Positions 15,669 through 31,669 of a stretch of 64,000 nucleotides of DNA are shown piece by piece; position 1 is the first letter of the stretch, and each line of letters starts with the position of its first letter. The notes beneath the pieces are model-generated. The model had not been told where the DNA came from. It saw only the letters and a list, made by a program, of their open reading frames with translations, and searched no databases. The DNA is taken from assembly GCF_009914755.1 (NCBI RefSeq), contig NC_060934.1, one strand, 5' to 3'. This DNA is from the human T2T-CHM13v2.0 reference genome, Homo sapiens. The position numbers were made by a program, and so were the translations under genes.

Positions 15669-17249
15669 TTCTAGACCTTCCAAGTCTTGTTCCACATGTT
15701 CACTGCCTGTTGTGTATAGACCATTAGCCATATGGAATGGATCAATTCATACTCAAATGGTAACTCCAGAATAGCACCTCTTACTAAAAAAAAGACAAAT
15801 GCTCTATGTATTCCCAACAGAATTCAGTTGTGATGACACACCATAGTTCACTGGCCAGAACACTCCCTTTGGAATCCATTACTCTTCCACTTCTACTGGT
15901 CCTCCACCACCTCTGGCACCACTGTTACCCCAACAGCTGGTCAATATTAAGCTGTCGTCATATACATATAAGGAGTTCAGTAACTAGTGCTGGGCCCTGG
16001 GAGACTGGGGGGAGATTTGTGAGTCTGGGCTTGATTCCAGATACAACACACATTTTGCCCAAGCCAGCTGCTGGAAGACCAAAACTTCTGACTCTCCAAG
16101 GAAACAACAGATGCTATATTCCAGGTCTTTACACCCCAAGCATTCTACTCATGCTCATCCAAGACTCCAGACTCCCTTCTCTACCTTGAACCCTTATGTA
16201 CATGTTTGAAGAGGTTCTGGGAACATAGTGGCATTAAAATCAGCCACTGGGTCAAACAGCTAGGCGAAGAAACCCTTCTCCCACCTCAGAAATGTCCTGG
16301 GGCACATTAGGGCCTGCTCTGCATAAGCCTGGGGGAAGCAAAATCCCTCTCCTGTTGGTGGAAGGTGGTGTCTAAATTCAGTGAGCCCCTTGTATAATTC
16401 ATCCTACTAAAACCCAAGGGTGCAATTATCTTTAATAAAAGCTACTCACTGCAGCCATATTCTTTGACTTGGAGAATGTTCCCAGTCTCTGTGCCCACCC
16501 CCTGGTTCAAATCTTTTCACTTAACCGTGGTTTCCTTGGCTTCCAGCTGGTGGCCTCCCTCGCATCTGTATTTTCTCTCTCTCCCCGCAATCCTAGCCTG
16601 GGATTGCATTCCTGATCGGCCGTCCTACTGGGTTCTGATTTAAAGATGCTGCTTCCTGGGTCTCCAGTGGTCAAGTGACTTTTTCCCTTAACATCCTTTC
16701 CAGCCTCCTGGAGTAGAACATCATGGCTCAGGCCTAGTACCCATACTCCAATTTTTTGAGTAGGTTGGGGGGCTAGCCCCAAGGACTCAGTAAGAAAAAT
16801 TAATACCCCTTCCTGAATGTAGGGAAGGAAATGCAGAAGAACACTTAATCCCCGTGGGAGTCTTCCCTCCAATTCCCCAAGCTGTGACCACCAGTCCTGA
16901 GGTCTTTCTTAATTGCTGCATCATTTTAACTTACGATTTTTCATCTTCTTTCATCTGACCAGATTGTTAGCTCTCTGATGGCAACAATGTGCTACCTAAA
17001 CTTTGTTTCTTCGTAGTATCTGGTGTAATCTTTTACTTCAAATAGGGGATCAAATAAATATCAATACATATAGATGCTATGAAATAGGCAAACACATATC
17101 ACTAGTGCCTTCTCTACACAAAGATAGAGGTAAATGTGATGGGTTCAGGGGTTTCTGTGATTTTAGGTAAGATGTGCTGGTTGGGTATCAGAGGCTTCTA
17201 GAGGGAGTCAGTGACAGGGAGGGACTGCTCAGCCTCACAGGAGGGGGAG

Positions 17250-17605
17250 TGTATTAGTCTGTTTTCACACTGCTGATAAAGACATACCTGAGACTGGGTA
17301 ATTTAGAGAAAAAGAGGTTTAATGGACTTACAGTTCCACATGGCTAGGAGGTCTCACAATCATGGCAGAAGGCAAAACACACATCTTACATGGCAGAAAG
17401 CAAGAGAGGGAATGAGAACCGAGTGAAAGGGGTTTCCCCTTATAAAACCATCAGATCTCATGAGACTTGTTTACTACCATGAGAACAATATGGGGAAAAC
17501 TGCCCCTATGGTTCCATTATCTCCCAGCGGGTCCCTCCCGTGTGGGAATTATGGGAGCTACGATTCAAGATGAGACTTGAGTGGGGTCACAGCTAAAGGA
17601 TATCA
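17250..17605 (-). mobile_element. THE1B-like MaLR solo LTR
   Basis: tgtattagtctgttttcacactgctgataaagacatacc ... gatatca, TSD gggag. Confidence 0.93.
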
Positions 17606-18011
17606 GGGAGAGCATCTGACAAATGCAGTGGAAGGATTTCTTGAGAATGACTGAGTTCATATCCCAAATGAGAACCATACGCAATTTCCTATAGATTTTT
17701 CCAGATCTCCCCCTCAAAGCAATAAGGGGCATCTGCTGGATGGCTGTAATCATGTTCAGTTCTTCCTCATTCGTTAACCTGTGAGGGCATTCACCAGAGT
17801 GGGCTCAGACTCTTGCGTGTAATCTTTTTCCAGGCCCTGGGGTTTGTTCTGCACCAGCTGTGCTGTGACATCTTTTATTTACCCCCATCAAAGTCCACAG
17901 GACTAAGCACAGAAAGGAACTGGTCTTTTCTGATGTAATTGCTTTTACCACAGCCTATAAGTCATGAATCTTTACCTGTTGATTTTTAGGAAAAGATTTT
18001 TTTCCCAATGT

Positions 18012-18128
18012 GTTATGCAAAATGCTGGCTATATTCTCTTCAAATGAACGTTATGCAAAATGCTGGCTATATTCTCTTCAAATGAACGTTATACAAAATG
18101 CTGGCTATATTCTCTTCAAATGAACGTT
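18012..18128. repeat. Minisatellite, 38-bp unit x3
   Basis: gttatgcaaaatgctggctatattctcttcaaatgaac x3, one substitution. Confidence 0.97.
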
Positions 18129-18791
18129 GCCTCTTTCTGTCTTTCTCTACCTGTATGAACTTCTGCTTGGGTTCTCTTTGCAAGCTTTATTCTCTGTGGC
18201 CAAGAAGGATCTCTTTGCCCAGTGAACATATTGTGTGCAGTTGTTTCACACAGCTCTGGTGGGTGCAGCTGCTGCTTGCTTGCAGTCTGAATTGAAAATG
18301 GATTTTCCTCTATGCTGCTGTGACACTCCCTGTGGCCGGGAATGAAACAGTTCGAAGTATTCTCATCATCCACTCACTTGGGCTATGTGGCAGGCCTGGA
18401 GGAGGCGTGGTTAACAGGAGGATGAAGAGAAGGAGAGTTGCTGCTGCTGTTTGTAATTAGAGACTAAGGTTGTTTGATGATGAGGGTAAAGAGTACATAA
18501 GAAATATCTCTACAACCCATAATCAATTCAATGTGATCAAAACAATAAATATACATACAATAAATATACATACAATAAATATAATGTAATCACTGCAGAG
18601 CCAGTAATCATTTCTGAAGACAGGGTAGCAGGTGTGAGAGGACGTAGGAGGAGGTAGAGGGCAGGAAAGTTGGTGAGGAACTCAATGGGGCAGCTGGGTC
18701 TTATGGCGACATAATGTAACAGAAAGGAAATACCTGAGAATGAAAGGAATGAGAGAGGAAAGGTTAAGTACCTGGAACCTCAAAAGGATCT

Positions 18792-19088
18792 TTTATTTTT
18801 TTGAGATAAGGTCTCACTCTGTCACCCAGGCTTGAGTGCAGTGGTATGTTCATGGCTCACTACAGCCTCAACCTCCTGGGCTCAAGCAATCCTCCCACCT
18901 TAGCCTCCGAGTAGCTGGGACTACAATGATGCAACACCATGCCCCGCTAATTTTTTTTTTTTTTTTTTAGTAGAGATGGGGTCCTGCTATATGGCCCAGG
19001 CTGGTCTCAAACTCATGGGCTCAAGTGATCCTCCTGATTTGACCTCCCAATAGTGCTAGACTTTCAGGCATGAGCCACCATGCCTGGC
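18792..19088 (-). mobile_element. AluJ
   Basis: Antisense J-type dimer with a degenerate TSD tcaaaag(g/a)a(t/c)ct. Confidence 0.92.
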
Positions 19089-19585
19089 TAACCTTCAAAA
19101 GAACCTTGCCACCACTGCCAACACTCAGAAACTCTGAAAAGTTGGAAGCTGGCTCTGAGTTAATGAGCTGAGTTTGTAAGTCTTTTTGACAAGAGATCAA
19201 CTGCTATGCTCGCGGACTCGTGCGTTGCTCCGTCTTGGTTTCTTGACTTTGGCCTGAGCCCCAGCCCGTCCCTGTGGGTACAGGTTTTATGGACTGATCG
19301 ATCCATGTGACTGCTTATTTTCCTTCATACTTTCTACCACCATTTCATGGAGAACTCTGCTTGCTGCCAGCCTGTATGTATCTTCAGGGACTTGTGTGAC
19401 TTACTTTCTCCTGCAGTGCTATTATCAGAAGATTGTATCTTCTTTAGGTGATTTTTCCATATCAGGCAGCTCTATAAAAATGATAACAGTGGGTGTAAAG
19501 TAAGTTTTGCATGAAATCTTAAAAAATATTCTACCTAGTGGCATTATTTTTCATTTGCATTTGGAGGGGACTGAAGGCTGAGTGA

Positions 19586-20008
<423 letters not shown>

Positions 20009-20237
20009 TAAAGCCCAAAGCTCAATTTGTTTTTGGTTTGCTGCAGTTGCTGAAAAGAAACACTTTGTCTCCAGCAAAGACAGAAAGGAGGACTTTATAT
20101 AGCAGTAATGTGATCACAGATATTTGATGTGGCCTCCATAATGAGGCCAACAGTGAGAAGCAAAGACAGTTCTCTAGAGGAGGTCAAGGCAATAACAGGT
20201 AAATGAACGCTGTGCTAGATTCAAAAGATGGGATTTT

Positions 20238-20524
20238 GGTCTGGTGAGGTGGCTCATGCCACTAATCCCAGTACTTTTGGAGGATGAGGCAGGTAAAGTG
20301 CTTGAGCCCAGGAGTTTGAGAGCAGCCTGAGCAACATGGCAAAATCCCATCTCTACAAAAAATACTAAAATTAGCAGAGCACGGTGGTGCCTGCCTGTGG
20401 CCCCAGCTACTCAGGAGGCTGAGGCAGGAGGATCACCTAAGCCCCATACTGCCGTGGGCTGTGATTGTGCTACTGTACTCCAGCCTGGGCAACAGAGTGA
20501 GACCGTATCTCAAAAGAAAAAAAA
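20238..20524 (+). mobile_element. AluJ
   Basis: Dimer, TSD tgggatttt. Confidence 0.9.
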
Positions 20525-20769
20525 GTGGGATTTTGAATACATCTGGAATTATGGCTGAGTTGTCTCTTGTAATATAGGTGAGCCATTGAAATCAGAGGTC
20601 CTGGATTCTGAATAGGGCTGAGTTACATCTGTTCTCATGAAGTTCTGGACAGCAGCTGCTTGTGTGTGTGTGTGTGTAGCTTAGCTCTAAGACAGAGCTA
20701 GGTTATGAGAGCCTGTCTTATATTTTTTTCTTTTGGTGTTGAAAAATAAATAGTTTTGTGTGTGTGTGT

Positions 20770-21088
<319 letters not shown>

Positions 21089-21929
21089 AATACATTATTT
21101 CTTTTCACAACTGAGACATTCTGGGGCTCATGTGGAAGCATTCAAAAATACAGTCACTGGAAAGACTTTAGTCAAGCCACTAACAGCTTGCTGGCAGAAA
21201 ATAAGGAATTGAGAGATGATCTCAGTGGTACTGTGAACGTCTGTGTGAACTGAGAAGGTTTTCCTAGTCACAGGACAAGGCTGCCTGCCCTTCAGTTTGT
21301 CCTCCCCACCACTTCTATCCTGCACACAGCTGGCAGCTCTCATGAGCTGTGTCCTGAAAGAATAACCAAACATCCTTTGTTCCTCACCAAAGTTCTTCGG
21401 TAACTCCCCTTCTTCCCCGACTCCTCCCAATTCAATGTGTATATTTAAATCAAGAACGGTTCATATTGTAAGAAACTGAAATACATAAAAACTTTAAAAC
21501 TCTCAATTTAAGTATAAATTGCATCTGTCGTTACGCTGCCACCTTGCTACCGTAATGACATAATCTTGGCAGCCAATGGACAAATTTGAAACACGTCAGT
21601 AAGTCTTTGAAGTTGTGACATCACACATGTAATTGTACTGAACGGAACAGGTTCATGGAGAGTCTCCCATTTTTACTGACAGCACCAAAAACATATGCTA
21701 ATACAGTGGTGCGAGTCGCCATTCATTAAACCACTTATATTGTATTTCCAATGATAATTGTGAAGGCATGAAAGTGCAAAACATACGCCCAGGGAGAACT
21801 TCTGGAGTGCTGGCAAATTAAGACCCTGTCATGTCTTGAGGGGCAGAAGATTTTATCGTATTCGCTGTTTTGCTAATATAATAGCTAATTATGCTAATAT
21901 AATATAATATATATAATATATAATAATAG

Positions 21930-22277
<348 letters not shown>

Positions 22278-22312
22278 TAGAACTATTGTTTTCAGGGGAA
22301 GGGGATGTGGGG

Positions 22313-22361
22313 GTATTAGTCCGTTCTCACACTGCTGTAAAGAAATACCCAATACTGGGTA
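22313..22361 (-). mobile_element. Short THE1/MST LTR end fragment
   Basis: gtattagtccgttctcacactgctgtaaagaaataccc. Confidence 0.75.
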
Positions 22362-22495
22362 TTTGGAATACCCCTGGCCGTATTCCATTTTTTAAGGTGC
22401 AGTTGAGAGAAATATATTTTTATTATCAGAAAATCAACACAAATATTTATGGAAATATTAGAATATACAACTAAGCATAAAAAATAAGAGAAATT

Positions 22496-22787
<292 letters not shown>

Positions 22788-23133
22788 TCAATAACTCTTC
22801 TTTCCCGGAATTAAATACTATTAAAGCCTTGGTGCACATTTTGCCAGGTCCTTGGCTGGGTATGTGTGTTGTAGAGTGACCGACTGTGGCAGTGGCAGTT
22901 TGCATGGCACTGAGGAATGTCCTGGGTTACTGGGCTTTCAAATCTAAAACTGGACAATGTTGGGTAAACTGGGAGAACTGGGTCATATAGATAGACTCAT
23001 GTGCACACACAGATTTACCTACACCATAGTAAGTGAAATTATTTTATTGAGGACCCAAGGGCAGGGCCAAACAACACTAAGCTTTTTCTATGTTTCTATG
23101 CATTATTAGTATTCTCAGTTTTCAGGAGGGAAA

Positions 23134-23776
<643 letters not shown>

Positions 23777-23959
23777 TAAATTAGTGAATGTCCTGTTAAA
23801 ATGTTAGGTCTATTTTCCTGTTGGAGTAGAGTAGTGATGTAAACTCTTAGACACATACACGCATGTTTCTTCCTAGTTTGTCATTTAAAAAAAATGTTAG
23901 TTGGGGTTTTCTGTATACAGACATTATATCATTTATGTGTTAGTGGTATCATTTTCCTA

Positions 23960-24239
23960 TTTTTTTTTTGAGACAGAGTCTCACTCTGTTGCCCCACGCT
24001 GGAGTGCAGTGGCGCAATCTCGGCTCACTGCAGCCTCCGACTCCTGGGTTCAAGTGATTTTCCTGCCTCAGCCTCCTGAGTAGCTGGGACTACAGGTGCA
24101 TACCACCATGCCCAGCTAATTTGTCTTCCATATTTTTGGTAGAGACAGGGTTTCACCATGTTGGCAAGGATGGGTTCGATCTCCTGACCTCGTGGTCCGC
24201 CCACCTTGGCCTCCCAAAGTGCTGGGATTGCAGGCGTGA
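23960..24239 (-). mobile_element. AluSc-like
   Basis: TSD tatcattttcctattt. Confidence 0.95.
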
Positions 24240-24620
24240 TATCATTTTCCTATTTTATGCGATGCTTTAGAAAGTCTTTTTCCCTCCTAAGGCCATATAA
24301 AAAGTCACTTGTAACTTTTTACCAGAATTCTTAGGGTATCACATGCATTTGGGATATACTTTAGTATAAGATACAAGGTAGGAATGTAAGTTTTTTTCTC
24401 ATATGGATACAGGTTGACAAATAATCCATCCTTTTGTCTTCGATTTAAAATTCACATATTTAACACACACAGACACAGACATGTGTATAGACATGTCCAC
24501 ATACATGAACACATTTCTATACCTTCTATTCTACTCCGTCAGTCTATTTCAGAACCTGTATCACACTATGCTAATTATTATAGCTCGAGGATAAGGACAG
24601 GATGGGAAGAAGTATTACTT

Positions 24621-24924
24621 GGCCAGGCGCAATGGCTCACACCTGTAATCCCAGTACTTTGGGAGGCTGAGGCGGGCAGATCACCTGAGGTCAGGAGTTC
24701 AAGACCAGCTTGGCCAACATGGCAAAACCCTTTCCCTACTAAAAATACAAAAATTAGCTGGGCATGCTGGCAGACATCTGCAATTCCAGCTACTCAGGAG
24801 GCTGAGGCAGGGAGAATTGCTTGAACCCAGAAGGTGGAGGTTGCACTAAGCCCATATCATGCCACTGCACTGCAGCCTGGGCAACAGAGTGAAACTGCAT
24901 CTCAAATAAATAAATAAATAAAAA
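24621..24924 (+). mobile_element. AluSx-like
   Basis: TSD gtattactt, (TAAA)n tail. Confidence 0.95.
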
Positions 24925-26250
24925 TTTTAAAAGGTATTACTTAACCTTAACCCTAGGAAATATGAAAGTAAAGATGAACCTGTAGGTAACAATTTAGCCA
25001 TGAAAGATTTCCTCCAACTCATCCCTACCTTATGTGTCTGGGGATGTTCCATGGGGGAAACAGTCTGTGTTTCAAAGTCACGTGTTGATGATTTGCAGTT
25101 CCCATAGAGACAGGCCTTGGAGACCTACAGTAAGATTTAACCTTGTAAAGCTCATAATTGCTGTAACAGACAAGTTTTAGCCTTTTGTCTGTTTTATTGC
25201 TACATAGCACCACACAGGGATGGAACAGTGTTCTTTCATGTCAAAGGTTTGGAACTCTTCTGTTTTTTCCCTTAGATTCCTTCTCTTTTCTGGCTACACA
25301 AGAACGTTTGAAGGGATAATGAGGACAGTGATACCAGAACTGCAGAAAGCAAGTTGCTGCAATTTTAAGAGTATCGCAAAATCTGAGATTCTGGTCCTAT
25401 TCTCGAGTGGCTCAGTGGAGTATTCCGAGTATTCTTTTTTCATCTTTAGTTTTCCTTTTCATCCTTAACTATGGTATCAACAATTATTACAGATAGAAAT
25501 GAAAATATCAGTGATGCTGCTTACTTGTAGCCATAGATGATTTCCTTGTTTAGTGGTGCTCATAAGAGCCTAAAGCTGTGTTCTTTCTATTTGCTCAGTA
25601 AATGTAATTGAAGCTATTTCATGTTTTTTTTTTTGAAGGCGCTGAGCAAGGAGACAAGTGATTTCTCATTTTGCTATAATTTCTTAGTGATAGCAAATTG
25701 ATGTCTTATCAAAAACATGCCTTGCTTGTTTGCAGTTTGATTTGGCTATTGAAGTAATAATAGCAGTTTGAAAAGTTTATCAGGTTTTGATAAACATGAC
25801 AGTTGTTTTGTGTTCAAGTCTTTGAGAGTGGGTAGAGTTTTTTGTTTTGTTTTTTTCGCTTAGATATAGTGATGTAGTCTACAAGCAAAGGCATCTGAAA
25901 ATAGCCTAAAAGACAAACAGCTGCGATTCAGGCTTTGTTGGAGCTTATAATCCAACACCACGCATCCTAAAAAACTTAAATGAGTTCGTAAAGACTGCAT
26001 TAAGCAAATGAGGTTTAAAAGTCAAATATCAGTGAAAGATATAAAATATATATCAGTTTGGGCAGTCAGTGCACAATAATAAAAAGAGGCAGGAACTTCC
26101 CTAATAAAATAGTGGAATGTGCCATTTATTCTAAAAGTGTGTGGCAAAACTGTGATAGGAGACGTTCCAGCAGCCTCTGTTGCTCACTTTTCCATTTCTT
26201 TTTCGTGTCCACCTTCAAACATTTGGAAATTTCTTCTATTTGCACAGTCA

Positions 26251-27130
26251 GTAATTCATTCAACAAAGAATGTTCAAGTTCCTGGAGTGTGCCAGATACT
26301 AGGTGCTGGGGACACAGCAGCGGGTAGATCATAGCCTCTGCCCTCATAAGAATTACATTCTAGGGAGGAGAGACAAACAATAAAATAATGAACCATTCAA
26401 GGCAGAAAATGCCAAATAGTAAAAAGTGCCGTGGAGGAAAATAATACAAGGTAAAGGGGATGGCACATGCCTGGCCAGTATTTGTGGGTGGCAGTGGGTC
26501 GGGGGGAAGGGGGGCATGCTGTTGCTATTTTATTGAAAGTAGACAAGAAGGCATTGTGTAAAGAGCTGGAGAAAACGAGGGTCTTACTCACATAGGTGTC
26601 CTGAGGAGGAACATTTCAGACAGAAAGACCAAGAAGCATAGAGGCCATGCCTGGTGAATTCCTGGAGGAGCAAGTTGGGGATGTGAGTGGGGTTCAGGCA
26701 GAGCTGGGAGGGTAGGGAAGGCTGGTAGGAACGATCTGAGATGGGACTGCACAGTTGTGGATGCTTTTTGGCCATGAAAGGATGTTGTTGGTTTTTCTCT
26801 GAATGAGAAGGGAAGTCTTTGGGGGATGTTGAGTGGGGACATGACCTTGGCTTAAACTTTAATGCGATCAATGGGCTCCATTATTGAGCATAGACCCTAG
26901 GTACTCAAAGGAGTGTGGGGTACAGGGGTCTCATTAAAAAGCTACTGCAATAGATGAGGAAGAGGAGAGGGCTGGATGGTGGAGATGGGGAGAAGTGATT
27001 AGCATCTCCATGCACTTTGAAGACACAGCCAAAAGTATTTGCTGATGGACTGGATGAGGGATGAGAGAGAAGGGGAATGAAGATGGTGCCATGGTTTGTG
27101 GCTAGGCAACTGGAAGAGTGGAGTTGAGCT
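26251..27130 (-). mobile_element. L2 3' region
   Basis: attcattcaacaa...gtgccagatactaggtgctggggacacagcag followed by purine-rich L2 body. Confidence 0.8.
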
Positions 27131-27229
27131 AACAAATAATAGCAACCATCCTTATCTCACTGACAGCTCTAGCTTTGGTTCCGGGTGTCTTTCCTTTTGT
27201 CTTAGGCCCTACTTCTCTGCTCATCTCAC

Positions 27230-28075
27230 TTTTTTAAAACATTATAGCAGTTTTAGGTTCATAGCAAAATTGAGCAGAAAGCACAAAGAGTTCCCATATA
27301 CCCTTTGTCCCCACCCACATATAACCTCCCCTACTAATGGACATCCCCCAGCAGGGTGGCACATGTATTACAACTGATGAACCTTCCCTGATACATCATT
27401 GTCCCCCAAAGTCCAGAGTTGACATTAGGGTTCACTCTGTGCTGTGCATTCTATGGATTTGGACAAATGTATTATGACACATATATATTACTGTAGCATC
27501 ATACAGAATAATTTTACTTCCCTAAAAATCATCTGTGTACCTAGTCATCCTTCCCCCCAAACCTATCTCCTGGCAACCACTGATCTTTTTCATTTATACA
27601 TAGTTTTGTCTTTTCAAGAATGTAAATTTCCTCCACATATTTTCACGGCTTGATACTTAATTTATTTTTAGCAGTGAATAATCGTCTGTACGTACCAGAG
27701 TTCATTTATCCATTGTCTGTATATACCAGAGTTCATTTATCCATTTACTCACTGAAAGACATCTTGGTTGCTTCCAAGTTTTGCCAATTATAAATTAAGC
27801 ATAAACAAACATCCTCGTGCGGGTTTTTGTGTAGACCTAAGTTTTCAAATCATTTGGGTAAATACTAAGAAGCACGATTGTTGGAGTGTATAATAAGAGT
27901 ATGTTTAGTTCTGTAAAAAACTACCAAACTGTCTTCCAAAGGGGTTGTACCATTTTGCATACCCACCAGCTATGCATGAGAGTTCCTGTTTGCTCCACAG
28001 CCTTGTCAGCATTTGATGTCAATGTTTTGGACTTGGTCCATTCTACTAGGTATATATTGGTATCTTGTTGTTAAT
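27230..28075 (-). mobile_element. L1MC/L1MB 3' end
   Basis: agcagttttaggttcatagcaaaattgagcagaaag...gagttcccatatacc. Contains a ~31-bp tandem duplication at ~27684-27745. Confidence 0.8.
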
Positions 28076-28339
28076 TGATTTCAGTTTCAAGACTTTCAGT
28101 TTGCCAAGGCTTCCTTTTAAAAATTAATTGGCGCTTTCCAAGCCCTTGTCCTTCTGGATCAGTAAGGTCTTTGAAATATCCTCAGTTATTTTAAAGTCTC
28201 AGATTAAACAAACCAACAAACAAGGCCCTGCAATGGGCGCTGCTAGTGGATGAAGTCATCTGAGACTCAGTGCCTGTATTACACAGCTTCAGTCCACCTT
28301 GGCCTCTCCCTGCTCTGGTCATTGGTCTCTGTGGATGGC

Positions 28340-30764
<2,425 letters not shown>

Positions 30765-31092
30765 TAGGAATTGGAAGCATGTGCAAAAATATCACTCGCT
30801 ACAGCTGATGTAAAGATGCAGCATCAGGATTTGAATGTGATTAGCTATTAGGGTCACAAATCAACTGTGAGGCATTATGCACATATTTTGTGGTTGTAAC
30901 AAGTATCCTTGAATTTCTTCCAGAAACCACCAATTTAAACTGGAACTAGTAGATGATGTGTCCCTGGTTACCTGGTGGTATTTAATTCTGATACAATGAT
31001 TGCATGAGATCATATTAAATCTTTACAGAAGAAATTTTGAGGGTGAAACCTGGTTTCATTGTCTGTTGTACTGGAGACTCATTATATCGACT

Positions 31093-31669
31093 CTTTTTTT
31101 TTATACTTTAAGTTTTAGGGTACATGTGCACAACGTGCAGGTTAGTTACATATGTGTACATATGCCATGTTGGTGTGCTGCACCCAGTAACTCATCATTT
31201 AACATTAGGTATATCGCCAAATTCTATCCCTCCCCCTCCCCCCACCCCACAACAGGCCCCAGTGTGTGATGTTCTCCTTCCTGTGTCCATGTGTTCTCAT
31301 TGTTCAGTTCCCACCTATGAGTGAGAACATGCGGTGTTTGGTTTTTTGTCCTTGCGATAGTTTGCTGAGAATGATGGTTTCCAGCTTCATCCATGTGCCT
31401 GCAAAGGACATGAACTCATCATTTTTTATGGCTGCATAGTATTCCATGGTGTATATCTGCCACATTTCCTTAATCCAGTCTATCATTGTTGGACACTTGG
31501 GTTGGTTCCAAGTCTTTGCTATTGTGAATAGTGCCGCTATAAACATACGTGTGCATGTGCCTTTATAGCAACATGATTTATAATCCTTTGGGTATATACC
31601 CAGTAATGGGATGGCTGGGTCAAATGCTATTTCTAGTTCTAGATCCCTGAGGAATCGCCACACTGACTT
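31093..31669 (-). mobile_element. L1PA (about PA4) 3' end, 5'-truncated
   Basis: Poly-T, 3' UTR and ORF2 C-terminus (ORF 31304-31663, ...WMKLETIILSKLSQGQKTKHRMFSLIGGN). Confidence 0.95.

Larger units (their letters stand above)
12780..16340 (+). mobile_element. Ancient Ty3/Gypsy (sushi/chromovirus-like) LTR-retrotransposon pol fossil, interrupted by MSTB, an unassigned insert and MER5
   Basis: Manual translation gives degenerate motifs in the right order. RT: HHIAKAFSR...KQRKQAFSFKNMGYRI...NEVLTM*DSILPFT. Connection: APRLTYPGDDKGF. RNase H: EGTHSV/KTDCL/LWSQNF/ADRLLR. Integrase HHCC: AQVLGLRHGTAPADH/GLFKTLNVIQRGFWWPCICHDI. Integrase core: QLHGP/IISEISHHFASQFWKAL, FHMFTACCV*TISHMEWIN, PTEFSCDD...GQNTPF. 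Chromo-like: YMFEEVLGT...SEMSW. Confidence 0.78.

Noticed and set aside
18012-18128. CRISPR-like repeat length (38 bp; also the 33-bp unit at 32996)
   Set aside because: Head-to-tail tandem copies without spacers, in a mammalian genome.
26485-26515. G-quadruplex-like G-runs
   Set aside because: Isolated motif inside a decayed L2 with no functional context.
28235-28250. CTCF-like TCCACTAGCAGCGCCC (minus)
   Set aside because: Spacing is one base short and the central G-run is missing; a poor match.
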